A DNA stretch of 64,000 nucleotides from the human T2T-CHM13v2.0 reference genome, Homo sapiens. A program made the translations under genes and the position numbers. The stretch lies in the NCBI RefSeq assembly GCF_009914755.1, contig NC_060948.1; one strand, written 5' to 3'. Shown piece after piece: positions 1 to 12,900 of the stretch (position 1 is its first letter; the number at the start of each line of letters is the position of its first letter). The notes beneath the pieces were generated by a model. That model was not told the origin of the DNA. It saw nothing but the letters and a program-made list of their open reading frames with translations, and ran no database searches.

Positions 1-60
1 GGTATAGAATGGAATGGAATCATCTGGAATGGAATTGAATGGAATGGAATAATATGAAAT

Positions 61-85
61 GGAATGGAATGGAATGGAATGGAAT
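61..85 (+). repeat. Variable pure (GGAAT)n tract A (3-6 copies; one per unit)
   Basis: Lies between AATATGAAAT and GCCCTTG. Copies in units 1-9: 5,5,6,6,5,5,3,5,5. Confidence 0.85.
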
Positions 86-1854
86 GCCCTTGAATTAAAT
101 GGACTGGAATGGAATGAACTCGAACAGAGTGGAATGGAAAGTGTTGAGATAGAATGGAATGGACTCCTTTGGAATGGTCTAGTATGCAATGCAATCGACT
201 GTCAGGGAATCAAAAGGAATGTAATCGAATGGATTGGACTGGAATGCAATGGACTCGAATAGATTGGAAACGGAATGCAAAGGAATGGAATGGAATAGTA
301 TGGAATGGAATGGAAAGGAATGGAGTGGAATAGACTAGAGTGGAATGGAATGGACTGGAAAGCAATGGACTGGAATGGAACTTTCTTGGATGGACTGGAA
401 TCAAACGGAATGGAATACAATGCAATCAAATGGCATGGAATAAAATAGAATGAAAGAGAATCAAATGGAATTGAATCGAATGGAATCGAATGGATTGTAA
501 AGGAATAGAATGGAATGGAATGGAATTGACTCAAATGGAATGGACTAGAATGGAATGGATTCGAATGGAAGGCAAAGGAATGGAATCTATTGGAATGGAC
601 TGTAATGGAATGGAATGGAAGGGATTGGAATGGACTCGAATGGAATGGACTGCAATAGAAAGGATTCGAATGGAATGAAAAAGAATTGAATGGAATAGAA
701 CAGAATGGAATCAAATCGAATGAAATGGAATGGAATAGAAAGGAATGGAATGAAATGGAATGGAAAGGATTCGAATGGAATGCAATCGAATGGAATGGAA
801 TCGAACGGAATGGAATAAAATGGAAGAAAACTGGCAAGAAATGGAATCGAAATGAATGGAGTGTTATGGAACGGACTCAAAAGGAATTGAATGTAATAGA
901 ATGGAGTGGAGTGGACTCGAATATAATGGACTGGAATGGAATGAAATCACATGGAATGGGAACGAATGGAATGGAATGGAAAGGAATGGAATCGAATGGA
1001 AAGGAATCGAATGGAAGGGAATGAAATTGAATCAACAGGAATGGAAGGGAATAGAATAGACGGTAATGGAATGGACTCGAATAGAATGGACACGAATGCT
1101 CAAATTGAATGGATACGAATGGAATGGAAACGAAAGGAATGTCATCGAATGGAATTGAATCGATTGGAATGAAATCGCATAGAATGGAGTGGAATCAAAT
1201 GGAATTGAATCGAAAGGAAAGGAAGCGAATGGACTGAAATGAAATGGAATGGAATTGAATGGAAAGTAATGCAATGGAATAGAATGGAACGAAATTTCAC
1301 GGAATGGAATCAAACTGAATGGAATCAAATCAATGGAATCTAATCAAATGGAATGGAAAGGAATTGAATGGAGTAGATTGGATTGGATGGGATTGGAATG
1401 AAATGTACTGGAAAGGACTCGAATTTCATGAAACGGAATGGAATGAATTGGAACGGAATGGACTCGAATGGAATGGAATGTCATGGAATGGCATCGAATG
1501 GAATGGCATCAAATGGAATGGAATCGAATGCAATGGAATGTTATGGAATGGAATGGAATGCATTGGAATGGAATGTCCTCTAATGGAATGGATTCGAGTG
1601 GAATGGAATCGAATATAATGGAGTCGAATGAAATGGAATTGAAAGGAATGGGATCGAATAGAATGGAATATACTGGAATGTAATGTAATGAACACGAATG
1701 TAATTGACTGGAATGGAATGTACATGAATGGAAGGTAATCGAATGGAAAGTAATCCAATGGAATAGAATCTAATGCAATAAAACCGAATCAGATAGAGTA
1801 GAATGTAATGGAATGGAGTGCAGTGCAATGGAATGGAATGGAATTGAATGCAAT

Positions 1855-1894
1855 GGAATGGAATGGAATGGAATGGAATGGAATGGAATGGAAT
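1855..1894 (+). repeat. Variable pure (GGAAT)n tract B (7-10 copies in block A; one per unit)
   Basis: Lies between GAATGCAAT and GGTATGG. Copies in units 1-9: 8,7,8,10,10,7,8,7,10. It is interrupted by GGGAT in block B. Confidence 0.85.
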
Positions 1895-2113
1895 GGTATG
1901 GAATGGATAGTAATGGACTGGAGTGAAATGGACTGGAAAGGAATGGACTCAAATTGAAAGGGCTCGAAAGGAATGGAGTCAAATGGAATGGTCTGGAATG
2001 GAATGAACACGAATGTAATGCAATCCAATAGAATGGAATCGAATGGCATGGAATATAAAGAAATGGAATCGAAGAGAATGGAAACAAATGGAATGGAATT
2101 GAATGGAATGGAA

Positions 2114-2267
2114 TTGAATGGAATGGGAACGAATGGAGTGAAATTGTATGCAGTAGAAGGGAATAGAATGGAATGCAAGCGAAAGGAAAGGAATGGATTG
2201 GAATGGAATGGAATTCATTGGAATGGAAGGGAATGTAGTGTAATGGACAGGCCTGGAATAAAGTGGA
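2114..2267. other. DYZ1 diagnostic segment: EcoRI (2211-2216), StuI/HaeIII (2249-2254) and classic Y-sexing PCR primer sites
   Basis: TTGAATGGAATGGGAACGAATGG (2114-2136) and GGACAGGCCTGGAATAAAGTGGA (2245-2267) match, from my recollection (not a search), the Y1.2/Y1.1 DYZ1 primers, giving a 154-bp product. The segment recurs in every unit; units 13 and 17 carry a GGG>GTG mismatch in the forward site. Confidence 0.8.
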
Positions 2268-2625
2268 ATGCTACGGTCTCGAATGGAATAAAAATGTATG
2301 GAATGGAATGCAATGAAACGGAATCGAATGTCATAGAATGTAATGGAATGCAACAAAATGGAATCCAAAATCATTGACTGGAAAGGCTGGGTGTCGAAAG
2401 GAATTGACTCCAATGGAATGGAATCGAATGGAATGGAAGTGAATAGAATCGAACTAAATCGAATGGAATGGAATTGATAGGAACGGAATGGAAAGGAATG
2501 CAATGATTTGGCATGGAATGGAATCGAATGGCATCGAATGGAATGGAATGGAATGCAATGGAATGGAATGTATTAGAATGGAATGAACTTTAATGGAATG
2601 TACTCGAATGGATTCGACTGGAATG

Positions 2626-2638
2626 GAATGTTCTGGAA
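2626..2638. promoter_or_regulatory. Perfect heat-shock element GAAnnTTCnnGAA (GAATGTTCTGGAA), one per unit
   Basis: Matches the three-unit inverted nGAAn HSF consensus. It appears intact in all 18 units. Binding is inferred, not shown. Confidence 0.5.
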
Positions 2639-2905
2639 GTGAATGGACTCCAATGGAATGGATTCAAAAGGAATGGAATCGTACGGAATGGAATCTAATG
2701 GAATGGAATTAAATGGAAATGAATCAAATTGAATAGCACGGAATTGAATTGAATGGAATGGAATGCAATGGAATCTAATGAAACGGAAAGGAAAGGAATG
2801 GAATGGAATGGAATGGGCTGGAATGGAAAGGAATCGAAACGAATGGAATGGAATCGAACTGAAGAGACTGGAATGGAATGCACTGGAATGGAAGGGAGTG
2901 TAATG

Positions 2906-2918
2906 GAAGGTTCTCGAA
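2906..2918. promoter_or_regulatory. Perfect heat-shock element (GAAGGTTCTCGAA), one per unit
   Basis: Consensus match. Disrupted to ...TTCTCGAC in units 11 and 12 (~38435, ~41985). Confidence 0.45.
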
Positions 2919-3931
2919 AAAAATGGAATCGAATGGAATGGAATTGAATGGAACGGAATAGAGTCGAATGGAATTGAATGGAATGGAATGGACTAGAGTG
3001 AAATGGAATCGAACCACAAGGAATGGACAGGAATAGAATGGTCTCGAATTGAATGGAATCGTATGGAATGGCATCAAACGGAATGGAATGGACAGCCACG
3101 GAATGGAATGCACTCGAATGCAATGGAGTCGAAACTAATGGACTGGAATAGAATGGACTCGACTGGTACGGACTCCAATGGAATGGAATCGAATGGAAGG
3201 GAATCGAACGGAATGGACTCGAAGGGAAAAGACTGCAATGGAAAGGTCTCGAATGGAATGGAAATTAATGGAATGGAATGGAATCGAATGAAATGGAGTC
3301 AAAAGGAATGGAATCGAATGGCAAGAAATCGAATGTAATGGAATCGCAAGGAATTGATGTGAACGGAACGGAATGGAATGGAATCCAAAGGAATGGAATA
3401 GAATGGAATGGAATCGAATGGAAAGGACTCGAATGGAAATCACTCGAATAGAATGCAATTTAATAAAATAGGATCAAATGTAATGGAATGGAATGGAAAG
3501 GAATCGAAACGAAAGGAATGGAGACAGATGGAATGGAATGGAACAGAGAGCAATGGTATAGAATGGAATGGAATCATCTGGAATGGAATTGAATGGAATG
3601 GAATAATATGAAATGGAATGGAATGGAATGGAATGGAATGCCCTTGAATTAAATGGACTGGAATGGAATGGACTCGAACAGAGTGGAATGGAAAGTGTTG
3701 AGATAGAATGGAATGGACTCCTTTGGAATGGTCTAGTATGCAATGCAATCGACTGTCAGGGAATCAAAAGGAATGTAATCGAATGGATTGGACTGGAATG
3801 CAATGGACTCGAATAGATTGGAAACGGGATGCAAAGGAATGGAATGGAATAGTATGGAATGGAATGGAAAGGAATGGAGTTGAATAGACTAGAGTGGAAT
3901 GGAATGGACTGGAAAGCAATGGACTGGAATG

Positions 3932-3944
3932 GAACTTTCTTGAA
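3932..3944. promoter_or_regulatory. Perfect heat-shock element (GAACTTTCTTGAA), one per unit
   Basis: Consensus match, shown here in unit 2. Degenerate (TTCTTGGA) in units 1, 11, 17 and 18, and GATCTTTC in unit 10. Confidence 0.45.
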
Positions 3945-6900
3945 TGGACTGGAATCAAACGGAATGGAATGCAATGCAATCAAATGGCATGGAATAAAAT
4001 AGAATGAAAGAGAATCAAATGGAATTGAATCGAATGGAATCGAATGGATTGTAAAGGAATAGAATGGAATGGAATGGAATTGACTCAAATGGAATGGACT
4101 AGAATGGAATGGATTCGAATGGAAGGCAAAGGAATGGAATCTATTGGAATGGACTGTAATGGAATGGAATGGAAGGGATTGGAATGGACTCGAATGGAAT
4201 GGACTGCAATAGAAAGGATTCGAATGGAATGAAAAAGAATTGAATGGAATAGAACAGAATGGAATCAAATCGAATGAAATGGAATGGAATAGAAAGGAAT
4301 GGAATGAAATGGAATGGAAAGGATTCGAATGGAATGCAATCGAATGGAATGGAATCGAACGGAATGGAATAAAATGGAAGAAAACTGGCAAGAAATGGAA
4401 TCGAAATGAATGGAGTGTTATGGAACGGACTCAAAAGGAATTGAATGTAATAGAATGGAGTGGAGTGGACTCGAATATAATGGACTGGAATGGAATGAAA
4501 TCACATGGAATGGGAACGAATGGAATGGAATGGAAAGGAATGGAATCGAATGGAAAGGAATCGAATGGAAGGGAATGAAATTGAATCAACAGGAATGGAA
4601 GGGAATAGAATAGACGGTAATGGAATGGACTCGAATAGAATGGACACGAATGCTCAAATTGAATGGATTCGAATGGAATGTAAACGAAAGGAATGTCATC
4701 GAATGGAATTGAATCGATTGGAATGAAATCGCATAGAATGGAGTGGAATCAAATGGAATTGAATCGAAAGGAAAGGAAGCGAATGGACTGAAATGAAATG
4801 GAATGGAATTGAATGGAAAGTAATGCAATGGAATAGAATGGAACGAAATTTCACGGAATGGAATCAAACTGAATGGAATCAAATCAATGGAATCTAATCA
4901 AATGGAATGGAAAGGAATTGAATGGAGTAGATTGGATTGGATGGGATTGGAATGAAATGTACTGGAAAGGACTCGAATTTCATGAAACGGAATGGAATGA
5001 ATTGGAACGGAATGGACTCGAATGGAATGGAATGTCATGGAATGGCATCGAATGGAATGGCATCAAATGGAATGGAATCGAATGCAATGGAATGTTATGG
5101 AATGGAATGGAATGCATTGGAATGGAATGTCCTCTAATGGAATGGATTCGAGTGGAATGGAATCGAATATAATGGAGTCGAATGAAATGGAATTGAAAGG
5201 AATGGGATCGAATAGAATGGAATATACTGGAATGTAATGTAATGAACACGAATGTAATTGACTGGAATGGAATGTACATGAATGGAAGGTAATCGAATGG
5301 AAAGTAATCCAATGGAATAGAATCTAATGCAATAAAACCGAATCAGATAGAGTAGAATGTAATGGAATGGAGTGCAGTGCAATGGAATGGAATGGAATTG
5401 AATGCAATGGAATGGAATGGAATGGAATGGAATGGAATGGAATGGTATGGAATGGATAGTAATGGACTGGAGTGAAATGGACTGGAAAGGAATGGACTCA
5501 AATTGAAAGGGCTCGAAAGGAATGGAGTCAAATGGAATGGTCTGGAATGGAATGAACACGAATGTAATGCAATCCAATAGAATGGAATCGAATGGCATGG
5601 AATATAAAGAAATGGAATCGAAGAGAATGGAAACAAATGGAATGGAATTGAATGGAATGGAATTGAATGGAATGGGAACGAATGGAGTGAAATTGTATGC
5701 AGTAGAAGGGAATAGAATGGAATGCAAGCGAAAGGAAAGGAATGGATTGGAATGGAATGGAATTCATTGGAATGGAAGGGAATGTAGTGTAATGGACAGG
5801 CCTGGAATAAAGTGGAATGCTACGGTCTCGAATGGAATAAAAATGTATGGAATGGAATGCAATGAAACGGAATCGAATGTCATAGAATGTAATGGAATGC
5901 AACAAAATGGAATCCAAAATCATTGACTGGAAAGGCTGGGTGTCGAAAGGAATTGACTCCAATGGAATGGAATCGAATGGAATGGAAGTGAATAGAATCG
6001 AACTAAATCGAATGGAATGGAATTGATAGGAACGGAATGGAAAGGAATGCAATGATTTGGCATGGAATGGAATCGAATGGCATCGAATGGAATGGAATGG
6101 AATGCAATGGAATGGAATGTATTAGAATGTAATGAACTTTAATGGAATGTACTCGAATGGATTCGACTGGAATGGAATGTTCTGGAAGTGAATGGACTCC
6201 AATGGAATGGAATCTAATGGAATGGAATCGTACGGAATGGAATCTAATGGAATGGAATTAAATGGAAATGAATCAAATTGAATAGCACGGAATTGAATTG
6301 AATGGAATGGAATGCAATGGAATCTAATGAAACGGAAAGGAAAGGAATGGAATGGAATGGAATGGGCTGGAATGGAAAGGAATCGAAACGAATGGAATGG
6401 AATCGAACTGAAGAGACTGGAATGGAATGCACTGGAATGGAAGGGAGTGTAATGGAAGGTTCTCGAAAAAAATGGAATCGAATGGAATGGAATTGAATGG
6501 AACGGAATAGAGTCGAATGGAATTGAATGGAATGGAATGGACTAGAGTGAAATGGAATCGAACCACAAGGAATGGAGAGGAATAGAATGGTCTCGAATTG
6601 AATGGAATCGTATGGAATGGCATCAAACGGAATGGAATGGACAGCCACGGAATGGAATGCACTCGAATGCAATGGAGTCGAAACTAATGGACTGGAATAG
6701 AATGGACTCGACTGGTACGGACTCCAATGGAATGGAATCGAATGGAAGGGAATCGAACGGAATGGACTCGAAGGGAAAAGACTGCAATGGAAAGGTCTCG
6801 AATGGAATGGAAATTAATGGAATGGAATGGAATCGAATGAAATGGAGTCAAAAGGAATGGAATCGAATGGCAAGAAATCGAATGTAATGGAATCGCAAGG

Positions 6901-9900
6901 AATTGATGTGAACGGAACGGAATGGAATGGAATCCAAAGGAATGGAATAGAATGGAATGGAATCGAATGGAAAGGACTCGAATGGAAATCACTCGAATAG
7001 AATGCAATTTAATAAAATAGGATCAAATGTAATGGAATGGAATGGAAAGGAATCGAAACGAAAGGAATGGAGACAGATGGAATGGAATGGAACAGAGAGC
7101 AATGGTATAGAATGGAATGGAATCATCTGGAATGGAATTGAATGGAATGGAATAATATGAAATGGAATGGAATGGAATGGAATGGAATGGAATGCCCTTG
7201 AATTAAATGGACTGGAATGGAATGGACTCGAACAGAGTGGAATGGAAAGTGTTGAGATAGAATGGAATGGACTCCTTTGGAATGGTCTAGTATGCAATGC
7301 AATCGACTGTCAGGGAATCAAAAGGAATGTAATCGAATGGATTGGACTGGAATGCAATGGACTCGAATAGATTGGAAACGGAATGCAAAGGAATGGAATG
7401 GAATAGTATGGAATGGAATGGAAAGGAATGGAGTGGAATAGACTAGAGTGGAATGGAATGGACTGGAAAGCAATGGACTGGAATGGAACTTTCTTGAATG
7501 GACTGGAATCAAACGGAATGGAATGCAATGCAATCAAATGGCATGGAATAAAATAGAATGAAAGAGAATCAAATGGAATTGAATCGAATGGAATCGAATG
7601 GATTGTAAAGGAATAGAATGGAATGGAATGGAATTGACTCAAATGGAATGGACTAGAATGGAATGGATTCGAATGGAAGGCAAAGGAATGGAATCTATTG
7701 GAATGGACTGTAATGGAATGGAATGGAAGGGATTGGAATGGACTCGAATGGAATGGACTGCAATAGAAAGGATTCGAATGGAATGAAAAAGAATTGAATG
7801 GAATAGAACAGAATGGAATCAAATCGAATGAAATGGAATGGAATAGAAAGGAATGGAATGAAATGGAATGGAAAGGATTCGAATGGAATGCAATCGAATG
7901 GAATGGAATCGAACGGAATGGAATAAAATGGAAGAAAACTGGCAAGAAATGGAATCGAAATGAATGGAGTGTTATGGAACGGACTCAAAAGGAATTGAAT
8001 GTAATAGAATGGAGTGGAGTGGACTCGAATATAATGGACTGGAATGGAATGAAATCACATGGAATGGGAACGAATGGAATGGAATGGAAAGGAATGGAAT
8101 CGAATGGAAAGGAATCGAATGGAAGGGAATGAAATTGAATCAACAGGAATGGAAGGGAATAGAATAGACGGTAATGGAATGGACTCGAATAGAATGGACA
8201 CGAATGCTCAAATTGAATGGATTCGAATGGAATGGAAACGAAAGGAATGTCATCGAATGGAATTGAATCGATTGGAATGAAATCGCATAGAATGGAGTGG
8301 AATCAAATGGAATTGAATCGAAAGGAAAGGAAGCGAATGGACTGAAATGAAATGGAATGGAATTGAATGGAAAGTAATGCAATGGAATAGAATGGAACGA
8401 AATTTCACGGAATGGAATCAAACTGAATGGAATCAAATCAATGGAATCTAATCAAATGGAATGGAAAGGAATTGAATGGAGTAGATTGGATTGGATGGGA
8501 TTGGAATGAAATGTACTGGAAAGGACTCGAATTTCATGAAACGGAATGGAATGAATTGGAACGGAATGGACTCGAATGGAATGGAATGTCATGGAATGGC
8601 ATCGAATGGAATGGCATCAAATGGAATGGAATCGAATGCAATGGAATGTTATGGAATGGAATGGAATGCATTGGAATGGAATGTCCTCTAATGGAATGGA
8701 TTCGAGTGGAATGGAATCGAATATAATGGAGTCGAATGAAATGGAATTGAAAGGAATGGGATCGAATAGAATGGAATATACTGGAATGTAATGTAATGAA
8801 CACGAATGTAATTGACTGGAATGGAATGTACATGAATTGAAGGTAATCGAATGGAAAGTAATCCAATGGAATAGAATCTAATGCAATAAAACCGAATCAG
8901 ATAGAGTAGAATGTAATGGAATGGAGTGCAGTGCAATGGAATGGAATGGAATTGAATGCAATGGAATGGAATGGAATGGAATGGAATGGAATGGAATGGA
9001 ATGGTATGGAAAGGATAGTAATGGACTGGAGTGAAATGGACTGGAAAGGAATGGACTCAAATTGAAAGGGCTCGAAAGGAATGGAGTCAAATGGAATGGT
9101 CTGGAATGGAATGAACACGAATGTAATGCAATCCAATAGAATGGAATCGAATGGCATGGAATATAAAGAAATGGAATCGAAGAGAATGAAACAAATGGAA
9201 TGGAATTGAATGGAATGGAATTGAATGGAATGGGAACGAATGGAGTGAAATTGTATGCAGTAGAAGGGAATAGAATGGAATGCAAGCGAAAGGAAAGGAA
9301 TGGATTGGAATGGAATGGAATTCATTGGAATGGAAGGGAATGTAGTGTAATGGACAGGCCTGGAATAAAGTGGAATGCTACGGTCTCGAATGGAATAAAA
9401 ATGTATGGAATGGAATGCAATGAAACGGAATCGAATGTCATAGAATGTAATGGAATGCAACAAAATGGAATCCAAAATCATTGACTGGAAAGGCTGGGTG
9501 TCGAAAGGAATTGACTCCAATGGAATGGAATCGAATGGAATGGAAGTGAATAGAATCGAACTAAATCGAATGGAATGGAATTGATAGGAACGGAATGGAA
9601 AGGAATGCAATGATTTGGCATGGAATGGAATCGAATGGCATCGAATGGAATGGAATGGAATGCAATGGAATGGAATGTATTAGAATGTAATGAACTTTAA
9701 TGGAATGTACTCGAATGGATTCGACTGGAATGGAATGTTCTGGAAGTGAATGGACTCCAATGGAATGGATTCAAAAGGAATGGAATCGTACGGAATGGAA
9801 TCTAATGGAATGGAATTAAATGGAAATGAATCAAATTGAATAGCACGGAATTGAATTGAATGGAATGGAATGCAATGGAATCTAATGAAACGGAAAGGAA

Positions 9901-12900
9901 AGGAATGGAATGGAATGGAATGGGCTGGAATGGAAAGGAATCGAAACGAATGGAATGGAATCGAACTGAAGAGACTGGAATGGAATGCACTGGAATGGAA
10001 GGGAGTGTAATGGAAGGTTCTCGAAAAAAATGGAATCGAATGGAATGGAATTGAATGGAACGGAATAGAGTCGAATGGAATTGAATGGAATGGAATGGAC
10101 TAGAGTGAAATGGAATCGAACCACAAGGAATAGACAGGAATAGAATGGTCTCGAATTGAATGGAATCGTATGGAATGGCATCAAACGGAATGGAATGGAC
10201 AGCCACGGAATGGAATGCACTCGAATGCAATGGAGTCGAAACTAATGGACTGGAATAGAATGGACTCGACTGGTACGGACTCCAATGGAATGGAATCGAA
10301 TGGAAGGGAATCGAACGGAATGGACTCGAAGGGAAAAGACTGCAATGGAAAGGTCTCGAATGGAATGGAAATTAATGGAATGGAATGGAATCGAATGAAA
10401 TGGAGTCAAAAGGAATGGAATCGAATGGCAAGAAATCGAATGTAATGGAATCGCAAGGAATTGATGTGAACGGAACGGAATGGAATGGAATCCAAAGGAA
10501 TGGAATAGAATGGAATGGAATCGAATGGAAAGGACTCGAATGGAAATCACTCGAATAGAATGCAATTTAATAAAATAGGATCAAATGTAATGGAATGGAA
10601 TGGAAAGGAATCGAAACGAAAGGAATGGAGACAGATGGAATGGAATGGAACAGAGAGCAATGGTATAGAATGGAATGGAATCATCTGGAATGGAATTGAA
10701 TGGAATGGAATAATATGAAATGGAATGGAATGGAATGGAATGGAATGGAATGCCCTTGAATTAAATGGACTGGAATGGAATGGACTCGAACAGAGTGGAA
10801 TGGAAAGTGTTGAGATAGAATGGAATGGACTCCTTTGGAATGGTGTAGTATGCAATGCAATCGACTGGCAGGGAATCAAAAGGAATGTAATCGAATGGAT
10901 TGGACTGGAATGCAATGGACTCGAATAGATTGGAAACGGAATGCAAAGGAATGGAATGGAATAGTATGGAATGGAATGGAAAGGAATGGAGTGGAATAGA
11001 CTAGAGTGGAATGGAATGGACTGGAAAGCAATGGACTGGAATGGAACTTTCTTGAATGGACTGGAATCAAACGGAATGGAATGCAATGCAATCAAATGGC
11101 ATGGAATAAAATAGAATGAAAGAGAATCAAATGGAATTGAATCGAATGGAATCGAATGGATTGTAAAGGAATAGAATGGAATGGAATGGAATTGACTCAA
11201 ATGGAATGGACTAGAATGGAATGGATTCGAATGGAAGGCAAAGGAATGGAATCTATTGGAATGGACTGTAATGGAATGGAATGGAAGGGATTGGAATGGA
11301 CTCGAATGGAATGGACTGCAATAGAAAGGATTCGAATGGAATGAAAAAGAATTGAATGGAATAGAACAGAATGGAATCAAATCGAATGAAATGGAATGGA
11401 ATAGAAAGGAATGGAATGAAATGGAATGGAAAGGATTCGAATGGAATGCAATCGAATGGAATGGAATCGAACGGAATGGAATAAAATGGAAGAAAACTGG
11501 CAAGAAATGGAATCGAAATGAATGGAGTGTTATGGAACGGACTCAAAAGGAATTGAATGTAATAGAATGGAGTGGAGTGGACTCGAATATAATGGACTGG
11601 AATGGAATGAAATCACATGGAATGGGAACGAATGGAATGGAATGGAAAGGAATGGAATCGAATGGAAAGGAATCGAATGGAAGGGAATGAAATTGAATCA
11701 ACAGGAATGGAAGGGAATAGAATAGACGGTAATGGAATGGACTCGAATAGAATGGACACGAATGCTCAAATTGAATGGATTCGAATGGAATGGAAACGAA
11801 AGGAATGTCATCGAATGGAATTGAATCGATTGGAATGAAATCGCATAGAATGGAGTGGAATCAAATGGAATTGAATCGAAAGGAAAGGAAGCGAATGGAC
11901 TGAAATGAAATGGAATGGAATTGAATGGAAAGTAATGCAATGGAATAGAATGGAACGAAATTTCACGGAATGGAATCAAACTGAATGGAATCAAATCAAT
12001 GGAATCTAATCAAATGGAATGGAAAGGAATTGAATGGAGTAGATTGGATTGGATGGGATTGGAATGAAATGTACTGGAAAGGACTCGAATTTCATGAAAC
12101 GGAATGGAATGAATTGGAACGGAATGGACTCGAATGGAATGGAATGTCATGGAATGGCATCGAATGGAATGGCATCAAATGGAATGGAATCGAATGCAAT
12201 GGAATGTTATGGAATGGAATGGAATGCATTGGAATGGAATGTCCTCTAATGGAATGGATTCGAGTGGAATGGAATCGAATATAATGGAGTCGAATGAAAT
12301 GGAATTGAAAGGAATGGGATCGAATAGAATGGAATATACTGGAATGTAATGTAATGAACACGAATGTAATTGACTGGAATGGAATGTACATGAATGGAAG
12401 GTAATCGAATGGAAAGTAATCCAATGGAATAGAATCTAATGCAATAAAACCGAATCAGATAGAGTAGAATGTAATGGAATGGAGTGCAGTGCAATGGAAT
12501 GGAATGGAATTGAATGCAATGGAATGGAATGGAATGGAATGGAATGGAATGGAATGGAATGGAATGGAATGGTATGGAATGGATAGTAATGGACTGGAGT
12601 GAAATGGACTGGAAAGGAATGGACTCAAATTGAAAGGGCTCGAAAGGAATGGAGTCAAATGGAATGGTCTGGAATGGAATGAACACGAATGTAATGCAAT
12701 CCAATAGAATGGAATCGAATGGCATGGAATATAAAGAAATGGAATCGAAGAGAATGGAAACAAATGGAATGGAATTGAATGGAATGGAATTGAATGGAAT
12801 GGGAACGAATGGAGTGAAATTGTATGCAGTAGAAGGGAATAGAATGGAATGCAAGCGAAAGGAAAGGAATGGATTGGAATGGAATGGAATTCATTGGAAT

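Larger units (their letters stand above)
1..3554 (+). repeat. Representative DYZ1 higher-order repeat unit (unit 1, window phase)
   Basis: The sequence recurs from 3555. Distinctive non-pentamer anchors each appear once per unit: GCCCTTGAATTAAAT, AAAACTGGCAAG, GTCCTCTAAT, GACAGGCCTGG, AGGCTGGGTGTC, GACAGCCACGG, CAATTTAATAAAATAGG. Confidence 0.95.

Noticed and set aside
3455-3475. AT-rich island CAATTTAATAAAATAGG and several AATAAA hexamers per unit (TATA or polyA-like)
   Set aside because: AATAAA is one or two substitutions from GAATG-GAAT context, and no downstream GU-rich element or other support is visible. It cannot be called without transcript data.
10547-11503. Longest ORF (318 aa, minus strand) and similar 305-313 aa ORFs
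   Set aside because: They arise when SNVs remove stops and tract A length happens to join frames. They are not conserved between units.
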